Assembly (NCBI GenBank): GCA_039802205.1
Contig: JBDRWD010000004.1
Span: 11,229-75,228, forward strand
Length of the DNA stretch: 64,000 nucleotides
Reading direction: 5' to 3'
Origin: a candidate division WOR-3 bacterium
GTDB lineage: Bacteria > Hydrothermota > Tepidihabitantia > SM23-42 > JAOAFX01
The notes under the pieces were generated by a model, which saw nothing but the letters and a program-made list of their open reading frames with translations, did no database searches and was not told where the DNA came from. This document shows positions 1-9,303 of this stretch, in pieces. Both the position numbers and the translations under genes were made by a program. Position 1 is the first letter of the stretch. Every line of letters begins with the position of its first letter.

Positions 1-152
1 CACTTCGTTCCATTGTGGAGAATTATATGCTTGATATAATGTTCAACCTTCCAAATTTATCTGGAATTGAAAAGTGTATCATTACCCGGGAGGTGATTGT
101 CAACAATGCACCCCCAGAATATGTGAAGACAACCAAACGGCGTGCGCAGTAA
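1..152 (+). CDS. clpX: ATP-dependent Clp protease ATP-binding subunit ClpX, 3' fragment. Only the C-terminus lies in the window.
   Basis: Frame-3 translation reads ...LRSIVENYMLDIMFNLPNLSGIEKCIITREVIVNN..., which matches the conserved ClpX C-terminal segment (GLRSIVE...LD.M..LP). The stop codon TAA is at 150-152. Confidence 0.75.
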   Translation, partial: LRSIVENYMLDIMFNLPNLSGIEKCIITREVIVNNAPPEYVKTTKRRAQ

Positions 153-170
153 GGCGCTTGATTTATTAAC

Positions 171-932
171 ATGGATTTAATACGGCAGCTATATCTAAAA
201 TTTCAAAAGAAAAAATTTAATAAGCCGTTTCATCCGGTGGGTGTTGCCCGGAAGGAAAGTTTTCTGATTGTGCCTTCGGAGAGAATAAAGGAATTTCTGG
301 GGTCGCTTTCATTTATTGCCGGGATGAGAAAGTTGGGTGAGGTGCTTTTGCTTTTGCCCGAAACTTTTGGTATTTACCTCGAGTCTTTCCGGGTTAACTT
401 CTTCCAGATTATTTATTACCGGCGAGCCCCCCAGATATTGACCAGGGAATTTAAAGAGCTAAAAAATCAACTTAGCAAAATATCCTGTCGGTGGCTCATT
501 GACCTTAACCCCGAGCCCAATCCTTCATTGCCGGTTTTGGTACCGGTAGAAAAAAGAGTAGCATTTTACAACCAAAAATCATTTCCCCTATACAATATCC
601 TCATCAAAGGTGGTTTGAAGGGAATGGTAGATTTTTTCCAAATACCTAATATTGATCCTGTTTCCCTTTTCCGGTTTCCTAAAACTGAATTACGGGCAGT
701 CGCCCGGGAATTGCCTGAAAAGAAACCTTTGTTATTTGCTAATCAAATCGAAAGCCTCAGTGAAGTATTAGACCATTTGTCTTGGCCCGGGAGCGTAGTA
801 GTAAGCAAAAAAAATAAAGATGAGATTACTCGCGACCTAAAGAAACTTTATCTATGTGATGCCTATTTCGGTCCTGATGACGAAATATGCGAATTTGCCC
901 GGATTTTTAAAAAAGAGATTTTTACCAAATGA
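171..932 (+). CDS. Hypothetical protein, first gene of the signalling operon.
   Basis: 253-aa ORF with no recognisable motif. Its stop overlaps the start of the downstream GGDEF gene (ATGA at 929-932), which indicates translational coupling. Confidence 0.5.
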   Translation: MDLIRQLYLKFQKKKFNKPFHPVGVARKESFLIVPSERIKEFLGSLSFIAGMRKLGEVLLLLPETFGIYLESFRVNFFQIIYYRRAPQILTREFKELKNQLSKISCRWLIDLNPEPNPSLPVLVPVEKRVAFYNQKSFPLYNILIKGGLKGMVDFFQIPNIDPVSLFRFPKTELRAVARELPEKKPLLFANQIESLSEVLDHLSWPGSVVVSKKNKDEITRDLKKLYLCDAYFGPDDEICEFARIFKKEIFTK

Positions 933-2767
933 CTGATATTGCCCGGCGGTTAGACAATCTCATATACAAATTGAGCACCATTCCGATGTATCAACTGGAT
1001 GTCATACAGCTTGCGGAGTTTTTGGCAACACATTTAGCAAGTAAAGGTTGTCTGCTGCTTGCAGGAAATCGGATATTATACCAGCATAACCTTACTCCTG
1101 AGGCAGTCTCAAAATTCCAAGAGAATTTGTTTGCTGAAGACCTGGAAGTGAATGGTGTAAGATACAGACTTTTTCTAAAATTTGAACCCCGGGAAAGATT
1201 GCCTATTTCCATTAGGCAAAAACTAAAAAATTTGTTGGCGCTTATCCAGCAGATTCTGGGGGTGAGTAATATTGCGCGGGAGAGAATCAGTGAATTCCAG
1301 ATTATTAACGAATTAAATCTGAATGTGATTACGACTCTGGAGTTGCATAAAGTGATATGGTTTGTAGAGATTGCCGCAAAAAAACTCCTTGAGACGGAAA
1401 AGGTTTATTTGTATTATGCAATTGAAGACCAATTGGTAGGAAGAGAAAAGCGTATCTCAGTGAAAGTGCTTCCTCCCGAGATATACCGACAACTTTCTCG
1501 GAGTCGACAAGTGATGAAGTTAGATAAAACTAAAAATGGTTTTCTAAAGTCCTTTTTGCCTACGCTGGCTTCGGGGATGGTTTTGCTGGTGCCTTTCACG
1601 ATTAAAAATCGGGGGCGTGGCTTCTTTTTACTCGATGAATTTGAGAAGATGCCAAACGAAATAAACACAATAATGCGCCTTAAATTTTTGGGTAATCAGG
1701 CGGCGATCGCACTAGAAAGGATTGAATTATTCCAGGCATTGAACAAGGCACTCCAGGAGAGCAGAGGTTTGCAGGAGATTGCTAAACTTCTCTTATCACC
1801 CTACGAGTTGAAACATTTCTTCACCGAAGTTCTGCGTCGCGCCCAACAGATTCTGGGGTTTAAGAAAATCATGTGTTCGATTTACAATCCCGAAACCGGG
1901 ACTTTTGAAAGGTTCCATGGAGTTGGCATATCATTGAAAAAATTCCGGGAGGCGAAAAAGGTTCATCCTCCATACCAAGTGATAAAAGGTATTATGCAGG
2001 ATCGCTTTCGGATTTCCAATTCATACTACATACCCAGCGAAGAGGTAATGGAAGAAATAAGGGAATACGAAGTATACAAATCCGCCCATCGGCAGCAAAG
2101 GGTTCATGACTTATGGGCACCGGGTGATATTTTGATTAGTCCGATTTATTCGCGGGCCGGCGAGATACTCGGTATCCTCTCGCTTGCCGAACCGGTAGAT
2201 AATCGGATTCCCGATCGCAACAAAATCCGGTTACTGGAGGCATTCGGTGATTTTTTAGGCTTGGCGATAGAGAATAACCAACTTTTTGAAAAAATTTTGA
2301 TTGTTTCTTATACCGATGAACTCACCGGGGTATATAACTACCGATTTTTGCGTGAGAAGTTGCAGGAATTGATTGCCCGATCCCCTAAATCAATTGCGTT
2401 AGCGATGATTGATCTTGATCGGTTTAAAGAATACAATGACCAACACGGACACCTCGCCGGCGATCAACTGCTCCGCAAGATTTCTCAGATATTGCGTGAT
2501 GTTATAAAGGATGGATATATTACTCGCTACGGGGGCGATGAGTTCATCATCATCTTACCCGCGGCCGGTGCCCGGGCTATGCGTTTTCGGATTGAACAGG
2601 TCCGGAAGATCATACAGGAGGGGAAATCTTTCAAACAATCCATCCGGTTCTCCTGTGGAATCGCCGTGTATCCGGAGGATGGCCAAGACTTTGGGACGCT
2701 GATTGATACGGCGGATAAGCGTCTTTATCTGGAAAAGAAGAAAAAATATGAGATGGCTGTTTCGTAA
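929..2767 (+). CDS. Diguanylate cyclase with GAF-like sensor domains (GAF-GGDEF).
   Basis: The C-terminal GGDEF domain has the intact active-site motif RYGGDEFIIIL. It is preceded by LTGVYNYRFL and DLDRFKEYNDQHGHLAGD, both typical of the GGDEF fold. The N-terminal ~400 aa are GAF-like. Confidence 0.9.
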   Translation: MTDIARRLDNLIYKLSTIPMYQLDVIQLAEFLATHLASKGCLLLAGNRILYQHNLTPEAVSKFQENLFAEDLEVNGVRYRLFLKFEPRERLPISIRQKLKNLLALIQQILGVSNIARERISEFQIINELNLNVITTLELHKVIWFVEIAAKKLLETEKVYLYYAIEDQLVGREKRISVKVLPPEIYRQLSRSRQVMKLDKTKNGFLKSFLPTLASGMVLLVPFTIKNRGRGFFLLDEFEKMPNEINTIMRLKFLGNQAAIALERIELFQALNKALQESRGLQEIAKLLLSPYELKHFFTEVLRRAQQILGFKKIMCSIYNPETGTFERFHGVGISLKKFREAKKVHPPYQVIKGIMQDRFRISNSYYIPSEEVMEEIREYEVYKSAHRQQRVHDLWAPGDILISPIYSRAGEILGILSLAEPVDNRIPDRNKIRLLEAFGDFLGLAIENNQLFEKILIVSYTDELTGVYNYRFLREKLQELIARSPKSIALAMIDLDRFKEYNDQHGHLAGDQLLRKISQILRDVIKDGYITRYGGDEFIIILPAAGARAMRFRIEQVRKIIQEGKSFKQSIRFSCGIAVYPEDGQDFGTLIDTADKRLYLEKKKKYEMAVS

Positions 2768-3926
2768 GAAAGAAAAAGTTAGTCTTTTACCGGAAACGAG
2801 TGGTTTTACTTCGCGTACCCTTGTTATCTACTTTTTAATCGGGATCGGTGTTATTGGTGTTGTCACTTATGCTTATTCCACATTTCTAATGGGACGTATT
2901 AAGAGGGAGACCGAGACGACATCCCGGATTTTTGCCAGTTATGCCTCAGGACCAGGTGCCAGCGAAGAGGAATTGCTGGCTTTACTTTTTCGGGAGGTGA
3001 TTGAAAAGATTGACTTTCCGGTCGTCTTAACCGATGCTCAGGGGCAACCGTATTCAGCAAAAAATGTACCTGAAAAAGATCTGGGTAAAATCGTTAAAAA
3101 ACTCGACCGGGAACATCGACCGATTCCGATAGTCATCCGGACAGGTTCGGATTCGACAATCGTCGGCTATGTTCATTATGGTTTATCACCGTTCACCCGC
3201 TCATTGAAGATCTTGCCTTTTTTAATGACCGCTTTTCTTTTGGCATTTCTTTTTCTGGGGTTCTGGGGGTATTTGATTTATCGGAAGAGCGAAGAGGAAA
3301 AGATATGGTATTCCCTTGCCAAGGAAACTGCCCATCAACTTGCCACCCCTCTTTCTTCTCTTACCGGCTGGCTGGAGACTTTAAAAAGAAATGTTACACC
3401 CGAAATCTTTGAGGGTATTGTTGAGGATACCCAGAGGATGAAAGAAGTGCTGGAAAAATTTTCCCGTATCGGTATGCCCCCGCGGCTGATTGAAAAGGAC
3501 CCGATACCGGTGATCCAGAAGGCGGTGAGTTATATCAAACGGCGTGCCCACACTCAAATTAAGTTCATTGAAAATTATCGGCCTCTGCCGCCTATTAAAT
3601 TTGATGACATTCTTCTCGGCTGGGCAATAGAAAACATCTTGAAGAATGGTCTTGATGCCATTGGTCCCAAGCCTGGGACCATTTCAATAAAAACCGAGGC
3701 TGATGACCATAATGCGATCATTGAAATTGCTGATACCGGACCGGGAATCAAACAGGCAAAGGATATCTTTAAACCTGGATATACCACCAAAAAATATGGC
3801 TGGGGATTGGGACTGGTTTTGACAAAACGGATTGTTGAAGAGTACCACAAGGGCAAACTCACTTTAAAAAAGACCGGTCCGGGAGGCACGACTTTTCAGA
3901 TTTATATCCCAGGGAGTGGAAAATGA
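2748..3926 (+). CDS. Sensor histidine kinase, PorY-like. Two transmembrane segments flank a periplasmic sensor.
   Basis: H-box AHQLATPLSSLTGW. The HATPase_c domain has the N box ENILKNGLDA, the G1 box IADTGPGI and the G2 box GWGLGLVL. Hydrophobic segments lie at roughly residues 25-45 and 185-205. The start was chosen at ATG 2748, which overlaps the GGDEF stop; the alternative start is ATG 2703. Confidence 0.85.
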   Translation: MRWLFRKKEKVSLLPETSGFTSRTLVIYFLIGIGVIGVVTYAYSTFLMGRIKRETETTSRIFASYASGPGASEEELLALLFREVIEKIDFPVVLTDAQGQPYSAKNVPEKDLGKIVKKLDREHRPIPIVIRTGSDSTIVGYVHYGLSPFTRSLKILPFLMTAFLLAFLFLGFWGYLIYRKSEEEKIWYSLAKETAHQLATPLSSLTGWLETLKRNVTPEIFEGIVEDTQRMKEVLEKFSRIGMPPRLIEKDPIPVIQKAVSYIKRRAHTQIKFIENYRPLPPIKFDDILLGWAIENILKNGLDAIGPKPGTISIKTEADDHNAIIEIADTGPGIKQAKDIFKPGYTTKKYGWGLGLVLTKRIVEEYHKGKLTLKKTGPGGTTFQIYIPGSGK

Positions 3927-5431
3927 AAATATTATGGATTGATGATGAGATTGAACTTTTAAAACCTTTTATCTATTTGCTCAATCAAGAGGGCTATGAG
4001 GTGAAGACCGCAACCAGCGGTGAGGATGGTATCCGATTAGCCAGTCGCGAGGTTTTTGATCTCATCTTTCTTGACGAAATAATGCCCGGGGTAGACGGTT
4101 TAGAGGTTCTGCGAAGAATAAAACTTGATAATCCCCAGCAACTGGTGGTGATGGTCACCAAAAGCGAAGAAGAGGCATTGATGAAACAGGCATACAGCGG
4201 CTGGGTTGATGATTACATAACCAAACCCTTCAGTTTTAATCAAATTCTTTCGGTGTTGAACCGGATCCTTAAAAGACGCCACTTGATTGAAGAAAAAATG
4301 GCGGAAGATTATGCGAGTCAATTTAATGTCCTTGCTGAGCCCGAAGATTATAATGGTTGGATTGAGTATTATCGCAATTTGGTATCCTGGGATTTGCGGT
4401 TTCTGGAATACGGGAGCAAGGAGTTGAAGGAGATTCATAATGAACGAAAGCGGAGCGCCAATGCGGGTTTTACCAAGTATATCGTCCACAACTATCCAGA
4501 TTTTATTAAAGGTCGCGGCCCGATTCTCTCTAACAGCCTGTTTAAGACCGTGGTTTTCCCCACACTCCAGGAAGGGAGCTTGTTTTTTGTGATATTTGAT
4601 TCCATGCGTCTTGATCAGTATTTAAAGCTCCAGCCTTACTTGCGTGATTTCTTTGAAATAAATACTCAATATTATTTTTCCATTCTCCCGTCTGCCACAC
4701 CCTATTCCCGCAATAGTATATTCGCCGGGCTTTTACCCCTGGAGATTTTACAAGGGTATCCCCAATACTGGTTGTTTGAAGAGAAAGGGCAGAACCGGTT
4801 CGAAAAAGAGTTGTTTACAGAATTGCTGAAACGAAATAGTCTGAAAATAAATTTCAACTTTTATAAATTGTCGACCATTGAAGAAATCGAGAGGAATGTT
4901 TCTAAAATCGCTCAGGACCGGAGTGATATTACCATCGTGATAATTAACTTTTTTGATCTTTTGCTCCATTCTATTCCAGGTCGGGGTGATATGAAAGGAT
5001 TGCTTGATGATGAACGGATCTTACTCAATCTTTTAAGTTACTGGTTTCCTGTTTCACCGCTTTTTGAACTATTCAAAGCCATTGCTACTAAAAAACGGCG
5101 GATCATTCTCACCAGCGACCACGGTTTTATTCATGTGCGCCGACCCACGGTGGTTTATGGAGGCCGGGAAATTTCTCCCAATCTACGTTATAAATACGGT
5201 CCCGCACTCCGGGTGGATGAAAAAACCGCTCTGGTTTTGAATAATCCCGGAGCATTTTATCTGCCCGCCGAAGATGCCTCGGTTCGGTTTATAATCGCCA
5301 AAGAAGATTACTATTTTATTTACCCTACCAAACCCACGGAATATGAGCGGGAATTCAAGTATACTTTTCAGCATGGAGGTATCTCACTGGAGGAGATGAT
5401 TCTGCCGATAGGCTTTTTGCTACCCCGATGA
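3923..5431 (+). CDS. Response regulator with a CheY-like receiver domain fused to a PglZ (alkaline-phosphatase superfamily) effector domain, PorX-like.
   Basis: The N-terminal REC domain has DDE...D54-like LIFLDEIMPG, T and K (VMVTKS...YITKPF). The C-terminal ~350 aa carry IFDSMR, a nucleophile-motif position typical of AP-superfamily and PglZ domains, and LTSDHGF, a metal-binding DHG motif. The 502-aa length matches PorX (about 518 aa). ATGA overlaps the kinase gene. Confidence 0.8.
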   Translation: MKILWIDDEIELLKPFIYLLNQEGYEVKTATSGEDGIRLASREVFDLIFLDEIMPGVDGLEVLRRIKLDNPQQLVVMVTKSEEEALMKQAYSGWVDDYITKPFSFNQILSVLNRILKRRHLIEEKMAEDYASQFNVLAEPEDYNGWIEYYRNLVSWDLRFLEYGSKELKEIHNERKRSANAGFTKYIVHNYPDFIKGRGPILSNSLFKTVVFPTLQEGSLFFVIFDSMRLDQYLKLQPYLRDFFEINTQYYFSILPSATPYSRNSIFAGLLPLEILQGYPQYWLFEEKGQNRFEKELFTELLKRNSLKINFNFYKLSTIEEIERNVSKIAQDRSDITIVIINFFDLLLHSIPGRGDMKGLLDDERILLNLLSYWFPVSPLFELFKAIATKKRRIILTSDHGFIHVRRPTVVYGGREISPNLRYKYGPALRVDEKTALVLNNPGAFYLPAEDASVRFIIAKEDYYFIYPTKPTEYEREFKYTFQHGGISLEEMILPIGFLLPR

Positions 5432-5439
5432 GAGAAAAC

Positions 5440-5467
5440 TTGACAGGGAAAAGTTTTGCATTATAAT
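5440..5467 (+). promoter_or_regulatory. Sigma70-like promoter for the Hsp20 gene.
   Basis: TTGACA (5440-5445), a 16-nt spacer, then TATAAT (5462-5467). The ATG at 5473 lies only 5 nt after the -10 element, so the transcript is probably leaderless. Confidence 0.45.
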
Positions 5468-5472
5468 TTATC

Positions 5473-5916
5473 ATGAAAAATACCCGAGCGCGCGGCATGG
5501 AAAAACTGGAGGTTGCTGAAATAAAAGTGGTATTGAGGTCATTGGATGAAAGCATCGAAGAATCTGAGAGTGTGGAGCTGATTAACTGGGAACCATCTTA
5601 CGACTTATATATAGTGGATGAAACAATTTTCATCAGCATTGAACTACCGGGTGTGGAATTAAAAGATATCACCATCAATGTCGGTCAGAATTACATGATC
5701 GTGTCGGGCGTCAAACGTCCTTTGATTGTAAGACAACCTGGATATCGGAATGTAGTTTTTCACAACCTGGAAATTTCCTACGGTCGGTTTTTCCGGCGGA
5801 TTGATTTTCCATTACCGGTGGAGGCAAAAGACGGGGATTATAAGTTAGAAAGAGGCGTTTTGACGATAAAATTTCCGGTGTTAAAAGAACATATCATACC
5901 TATTGAGGAGGCTTAA
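5473..5916 (+). CDS. Hsp20 / alpha-crystallin family small heat-shock protein.
   Basis: The alpha-crystallin domain is present: YDLYIVDETIFISIELPGV...GVLTIKFP. There is an I-x-I-like C-terminal IIPI. Confidence 0.85.
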   Translation: MKNTRARGMEKLEVAEIKVVLRSLDESIEESESVELINWEPSYDLYIVDETIFISIELPGVELKDITINVGQNYMIVSGVKRPLIVRQPGYRNVVFHNLEISYGRFFRRIDFPLPVEAKDGDYKLERGVLTIKFPVLKEHIIPIEEA

Positions 5917-5918
5917 CG

Positions 5919-8258
5919 ATGGAGGAAAAAGAGATAACAATTCCTGAGGAACTGGGTATTATTCCGATAAAAGGGGGCGTAATATTCCCGGATCAGATGG
6001 TCCCTTTAATCATCCAGACTCCCAAACTTGCAAAATTGATCGATGAAATACTCACCACCAATAAGCTGGCGGGTGCGATCACCCAGCGTAATCCCGATGT
6101 GGAGGAACCCAAGCCTGAAGAGATTTATCAGGTAGGTTGCGTCATTCAGATTACCAAGATGTTGCGATTCCCGGATGGGACGATTAGGCTTTTGGTGCGG
6201 GGATTGAAGCGTTTTCGTGTTTTAGAATTTACCCAAGTCGAACCCTACTTGAAGGCGAAGATTCAACTTTATCCTGACGGCTACAAGAAGACCATGTCGA
6301 TTGAGGCTCTGATGCGAAATGTCGTGACCATGTTTCAACAACTCGTTTCTTTGGCACCCTATCTACCAGATGAGCTGGGTGCAATCGTTTTGAATATCGA
6401 TGATCCGGACCGCCTGATAAATTTTGTCACCGGTTATACCAATCTGGAGGTTAGTGAAAAACAGGCAATACTGGAGATCGCTGACCCCAAAGATCGATTT
6501 TTGAAACTGATCCCCCTTTTACAAAAAGAAATAAGCATTCTCGAGTTAGGTGCCAAGATCCGTTCCCAGGTGAAGAGTGAGTTTGATAAAGGTCAGAAAG
6601 AGTTTTATCTTCGGGAACAGTTAAAAGCGATTCAACGGGAATTGGGCGAGACCGATGAACATACCCGAGAGATTGAAGAATTGAGGAAGAAGATTCAAGA
6701 AGCCAAGATGCCTGAGAATGTAGAGAAGGTGGCGTTAAAAGAACTCGACCGCCTCGCTAAGATGCCACCCCAGGCTGCCGAGTATACGGTTTCCCGTACC
6801 TACTTGGACTGGTTGATCTCCTTACCATGGTCGGTGGCTACCGAGGATAATCATGATCTGGCAAGGGCAAAGAGGATTTTGGATGAAGATCACTACAATT
6901 TAGAAAAAGTAAAAGAGCGTATTCTGGAATACCTGGCGGTGAAAAAATTAAAACCCGATTCTAAAGGAACGATTCTCTGTTTTATCGGTCCACCTGGAGT
7001 GGGCAAGACTTCCCTGGGCAGGTCCATTGCCCGGGCATTGGGCCGGAAGTTTGTGAGGATATCCCTGGGAGGTATCAGGGATGAGGCGGAGATCCGGGGA
7101 CACCGGAGGACATATATTGGTGCATTGCCGGGCCGGATCATCCAGTCCATTAAGACCTGTGGTTCTAAAAATCCGGTGTTTATGCTCGACGAGATTGATA
7201 AGATTGGTACGGATTTTCGGGGGGATCCATCTAGTGCCCTTTTAGAGGTTCTGGATCCAGAACAAAATTATGCCTTTTCCGACCATTATTTGGAGGTTCC
7301 ATTTGATTTATCAAATGTGATGTTCATAGCTACTGGCAATCTCATTGATCCGATCATACCGGCGCTTAAAGACCGGATGGAGATTATTGAACTGCCAGGC
7401 TATATCCTTGAAGAAAAAGTTGAGATTGCCAAAAAATACTTAATCCCGCGGCAGATTGCCGAATGCGGACTGAAACCAGAGAATATCCAATTTGAAGAAT
7501 CAGCAATAAAGATGATAATAAACAATTACACCAAAGAAGCCGGGGTACGAAACTTAGAACGGGAGATTGGTTCAATATGCCGTAAGGTGGCACGGCGGTT
7601 TGCGGAAGGTAAGAAAAAACCGGTCCGTATCGATGAAAAAAACCTCGTAGAATTCCTGGGTCCACCAAAGATATTCTCCGAAGTTGCAGCCCGGAAAGGA
7701 GAAGTAGGATTGGCAACCGGGCTTGCCTGGACACCAACCGGCGGAGAGATTATCTTCATTGAATCGTTGAAAGTCCGGGGTAAAAAAGGATTGATTCTTA
7801 CCGGGTTACTCGGGGATGTGATGAAAGAATCCTGTCAAGCCGCGGTTTCCTATCTGAAAACCAAATTTGAAAAATGGGGTATAAAAGAAAATTTAGATGA
7901 ATACGATTTGCATATTCACATTCCTTCCGGTGCTATTCCCAAGGATGGTCCTTCAGCTGGATTGGCGGTGATTGTGGCACTAAGTTCTCTTTTTAGAAAC
8001 CAGCCAGTGGATCCCAAGATTGCCTTCACCGGTGAGATCACCCTCACCGGCCGGGTGCTTCCGGTAGGCGGTATTAAAGAAAAGGTAATCGCAGCAAAGC
8101 GGGCAGGCATTGATACAATCTTCTTGCCCGAAGAAAATAAAAAAGATTTACTGGAAATACCCGCACATGTGAAAAAGGGATTGACCTTTAAATTTGTTAA
8201 AAAGATTGATCAGGCACTGAACGAAGTTTTTAAAGACCACCAAAAAATGAAATCCTGA
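5919..8258 (+). CDS. lon: ATP-dependent Lon protease (La).
   Basis: N-terminal LON domain, Walker A GPPGVGKTS, and the serine protease active site PKDGPSAGLA. Confidence 0.95.
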   Translation: MEEKEITIPEELGIIPIKGGVIFPDQMVPLIIQTPKLAKLIDEILTTNKLAGAITQRNPDVEEPKPEEIYQVGCVIQITKMLRFPDGTIRLLVRGLKRFRVLEFTQVEPYLKAKIQLYPDGYKKTMSIEALMRNVVTMFQQLVSLAPYLPDELGAIVLNIDDPDRLINFVTGYTNLEVSEKQAILEIADPKDRFLKLIPLLQKEISILELGAKIRSQVKSEFDKGQKEFYLREQLKAIQRELGETDEHTREIEELRKKIQEAKMPENVEKVALKELDRLAKMPPQAAEYTVSRTYLDWLISLPWSVATEDNHDLARAKRILDEDHYNLEKVKERILEYLAVKKLKPDSKGTILCFIGPPGVGKTSLGRSIARALGRKFVRISLGGIRDEAEIRGHRRTYIGALPGRIIQSIKTCGSKNPVFMLDEIDKIGTDFRGDPSSALLEVLDPEQNYAFSDHYLEVPFDLSNVMFIATGNLIDPIIPALKDRMEIIELPGYILEEKVEIAKKYLIPRQIAECGLKPENIQFEESAIKMIINNYTKEAGVRNLEREIGSICRKVARRFAEGKKKPVRIDEKNLVEFLGPPKIFSEVAARKGEVGLATGLAWTPTGGEIIFIESLKVRGKKGLILTGLLGDVMKESCQAAVSYLKTKFEKWGIKENLDEYDLHIHIPSGAIPKDGPSAGLAVIVALSSLFRNQPVDPKIAFTGEITLTGRVLPVGGIKEKVIAAKRAGIDTIFLPEENKKDLLEIPAHVKKGLTFKFVKKIDQALNEVFKDHQKMKS

Positions 8259-8259
8259 G

Positions 8260-9303
8260 ATGTTGCTGCTGTTATTGACGACCATAAAATGGCAAGCGGC
8301 TTATCTTCCTTTTGATGATTCTACTTACATCTTAAATCTTTGCTTAGAAATCCCACCCCAAATTTTACGATTTACCAATCTGGATTCGGTAGCGATGGCA
8401 ACCTATGAAATCCAACTTTTGGTATTCGATCGAAAGGGTAATCAGCTCACCGGGGAGTACTGGTATCGGGAAAAAGAAAGGACGACCGAAAATTTATATG
8501 ATTCGTTAAAAATCCGGATTCCCGCACGTTCAAAAAAGTTTCAGCTAAAGATTCTGGATTTGCAAGGATCCGAGTTATTGAATGTAAAAGAAAATATTAA
8601 CCTTTTAAGTTATATCGCGAATATCCGTTCCCGGCTGCTCGGGGATACACTTTGGGTAACTTTCACCATTCTCAATCAGCAAGGCAATGCTGAGTGGATG
8701 CTGGTTGAGTTTCATGGAATGAAGAAGACTGAATTGCTGGAAAAGGGAATTTATGATGATACAGTGGGATTTTATGTTGCACCACTATCCAATGGGAATT
8801 ATGAATTACACCTCCAGGTGAAAAAAGGGGAAGGTAATCTTGAAAATACGGTGATCCCGGTGGTGATCGATCGGCCGTTCTATCTGGATGATAAGACCTG
8901 GTATCTGAAAGTCGCTCAACTGGAGTATATCGCTACACCTGGAGAAATGGATCAGCTGAGAAAAGCCCGCATAGAGGAGCGTGATTCGCTGTGGCGGACT
9001 TTCTGGAAGCAGTACGACCCAACGCCGAATACCGAATATAATGAAAAAGAAGCCGAATATTTTGAACGCATTGCCTATGCCGAGGAACATTTTTCTTTTG
9101 GGGATAAGGGGTGGCGGAGCGACCGGGGTCGGATATATGTTAAATACGGTCCACCCGATGAGATTCAATCCCGTCCTTATGAACTTTCCACCAAGCCTTA
9201 TGAAATCTGGTTCTACTATCGATTGAATTTGAAGTTTATTTTCTATGACCGTCATGGATTCGGTGAGTATATTCTTATCAACCCCCATGGAGAAAGAATA
9301 TGA
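8260..9303 (+). CDS. GWxTD-domain protein, paralog 1.
   Basis: C-terminal GWRSDRGRIYVKYGPPDEI...YEIWFY, which matches the GWxTD-domain core (GWxTDRG...YGPPD). Confidence 0.6.
   Translation: MLLLLLTTIKWQAAYLPFDDSTYILNLCLEIPPQILRFTNLDSVAMATYEIQLLVFDRKGNQLTGEYWYREKERTTENLYDSLKIRIPARSKKFQLKILDLQGSELLNVKENINLLSYIANIRSRLLGDTLWVTFTILNQQGNAEWMLVEFHGMKKTELLEKGIYDDTVGFYVAPLSNGNYELHLQVKKGEGNLENTVIPVVIDRPFYLDDKTWYLKVAQLEYIATPGEMDQLRKARIEERDSLWRTFWKQYDPTPNTEYNEKEAEYFERIAYAEEHFSFGDKGWRSDRGRIYVKYGPPDEIQSRPYELSTKPYEIWFYYRLNLKFIFYDRHGFGEYILINPHGERI

Noticed and set aside
991-1212. Short antisense or embedded ORFs listed in the six-frame track, for example 991-1212 on the minus strand, 3575-3889 on the minus strand, and 21343-21690 on the minus strand
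   Set aside because: Each is fully embedded in a longer, motif-supported ORF on the other strand or frame, and several encode His/Cys/Pro-rich nonsense typical of antisense frames. They are treated as non-coding.
3923-5431. PglZ domain as part of a BREX phage-defence system
   Set aside because: The PglZ domain is fused to a CheY-like receiver and paired with a histidine kinase. No PglX methyltransferase, BrxC ATPase, BrxL or other BREX genes are nearby, so the PorX-like regulatory role fits better.
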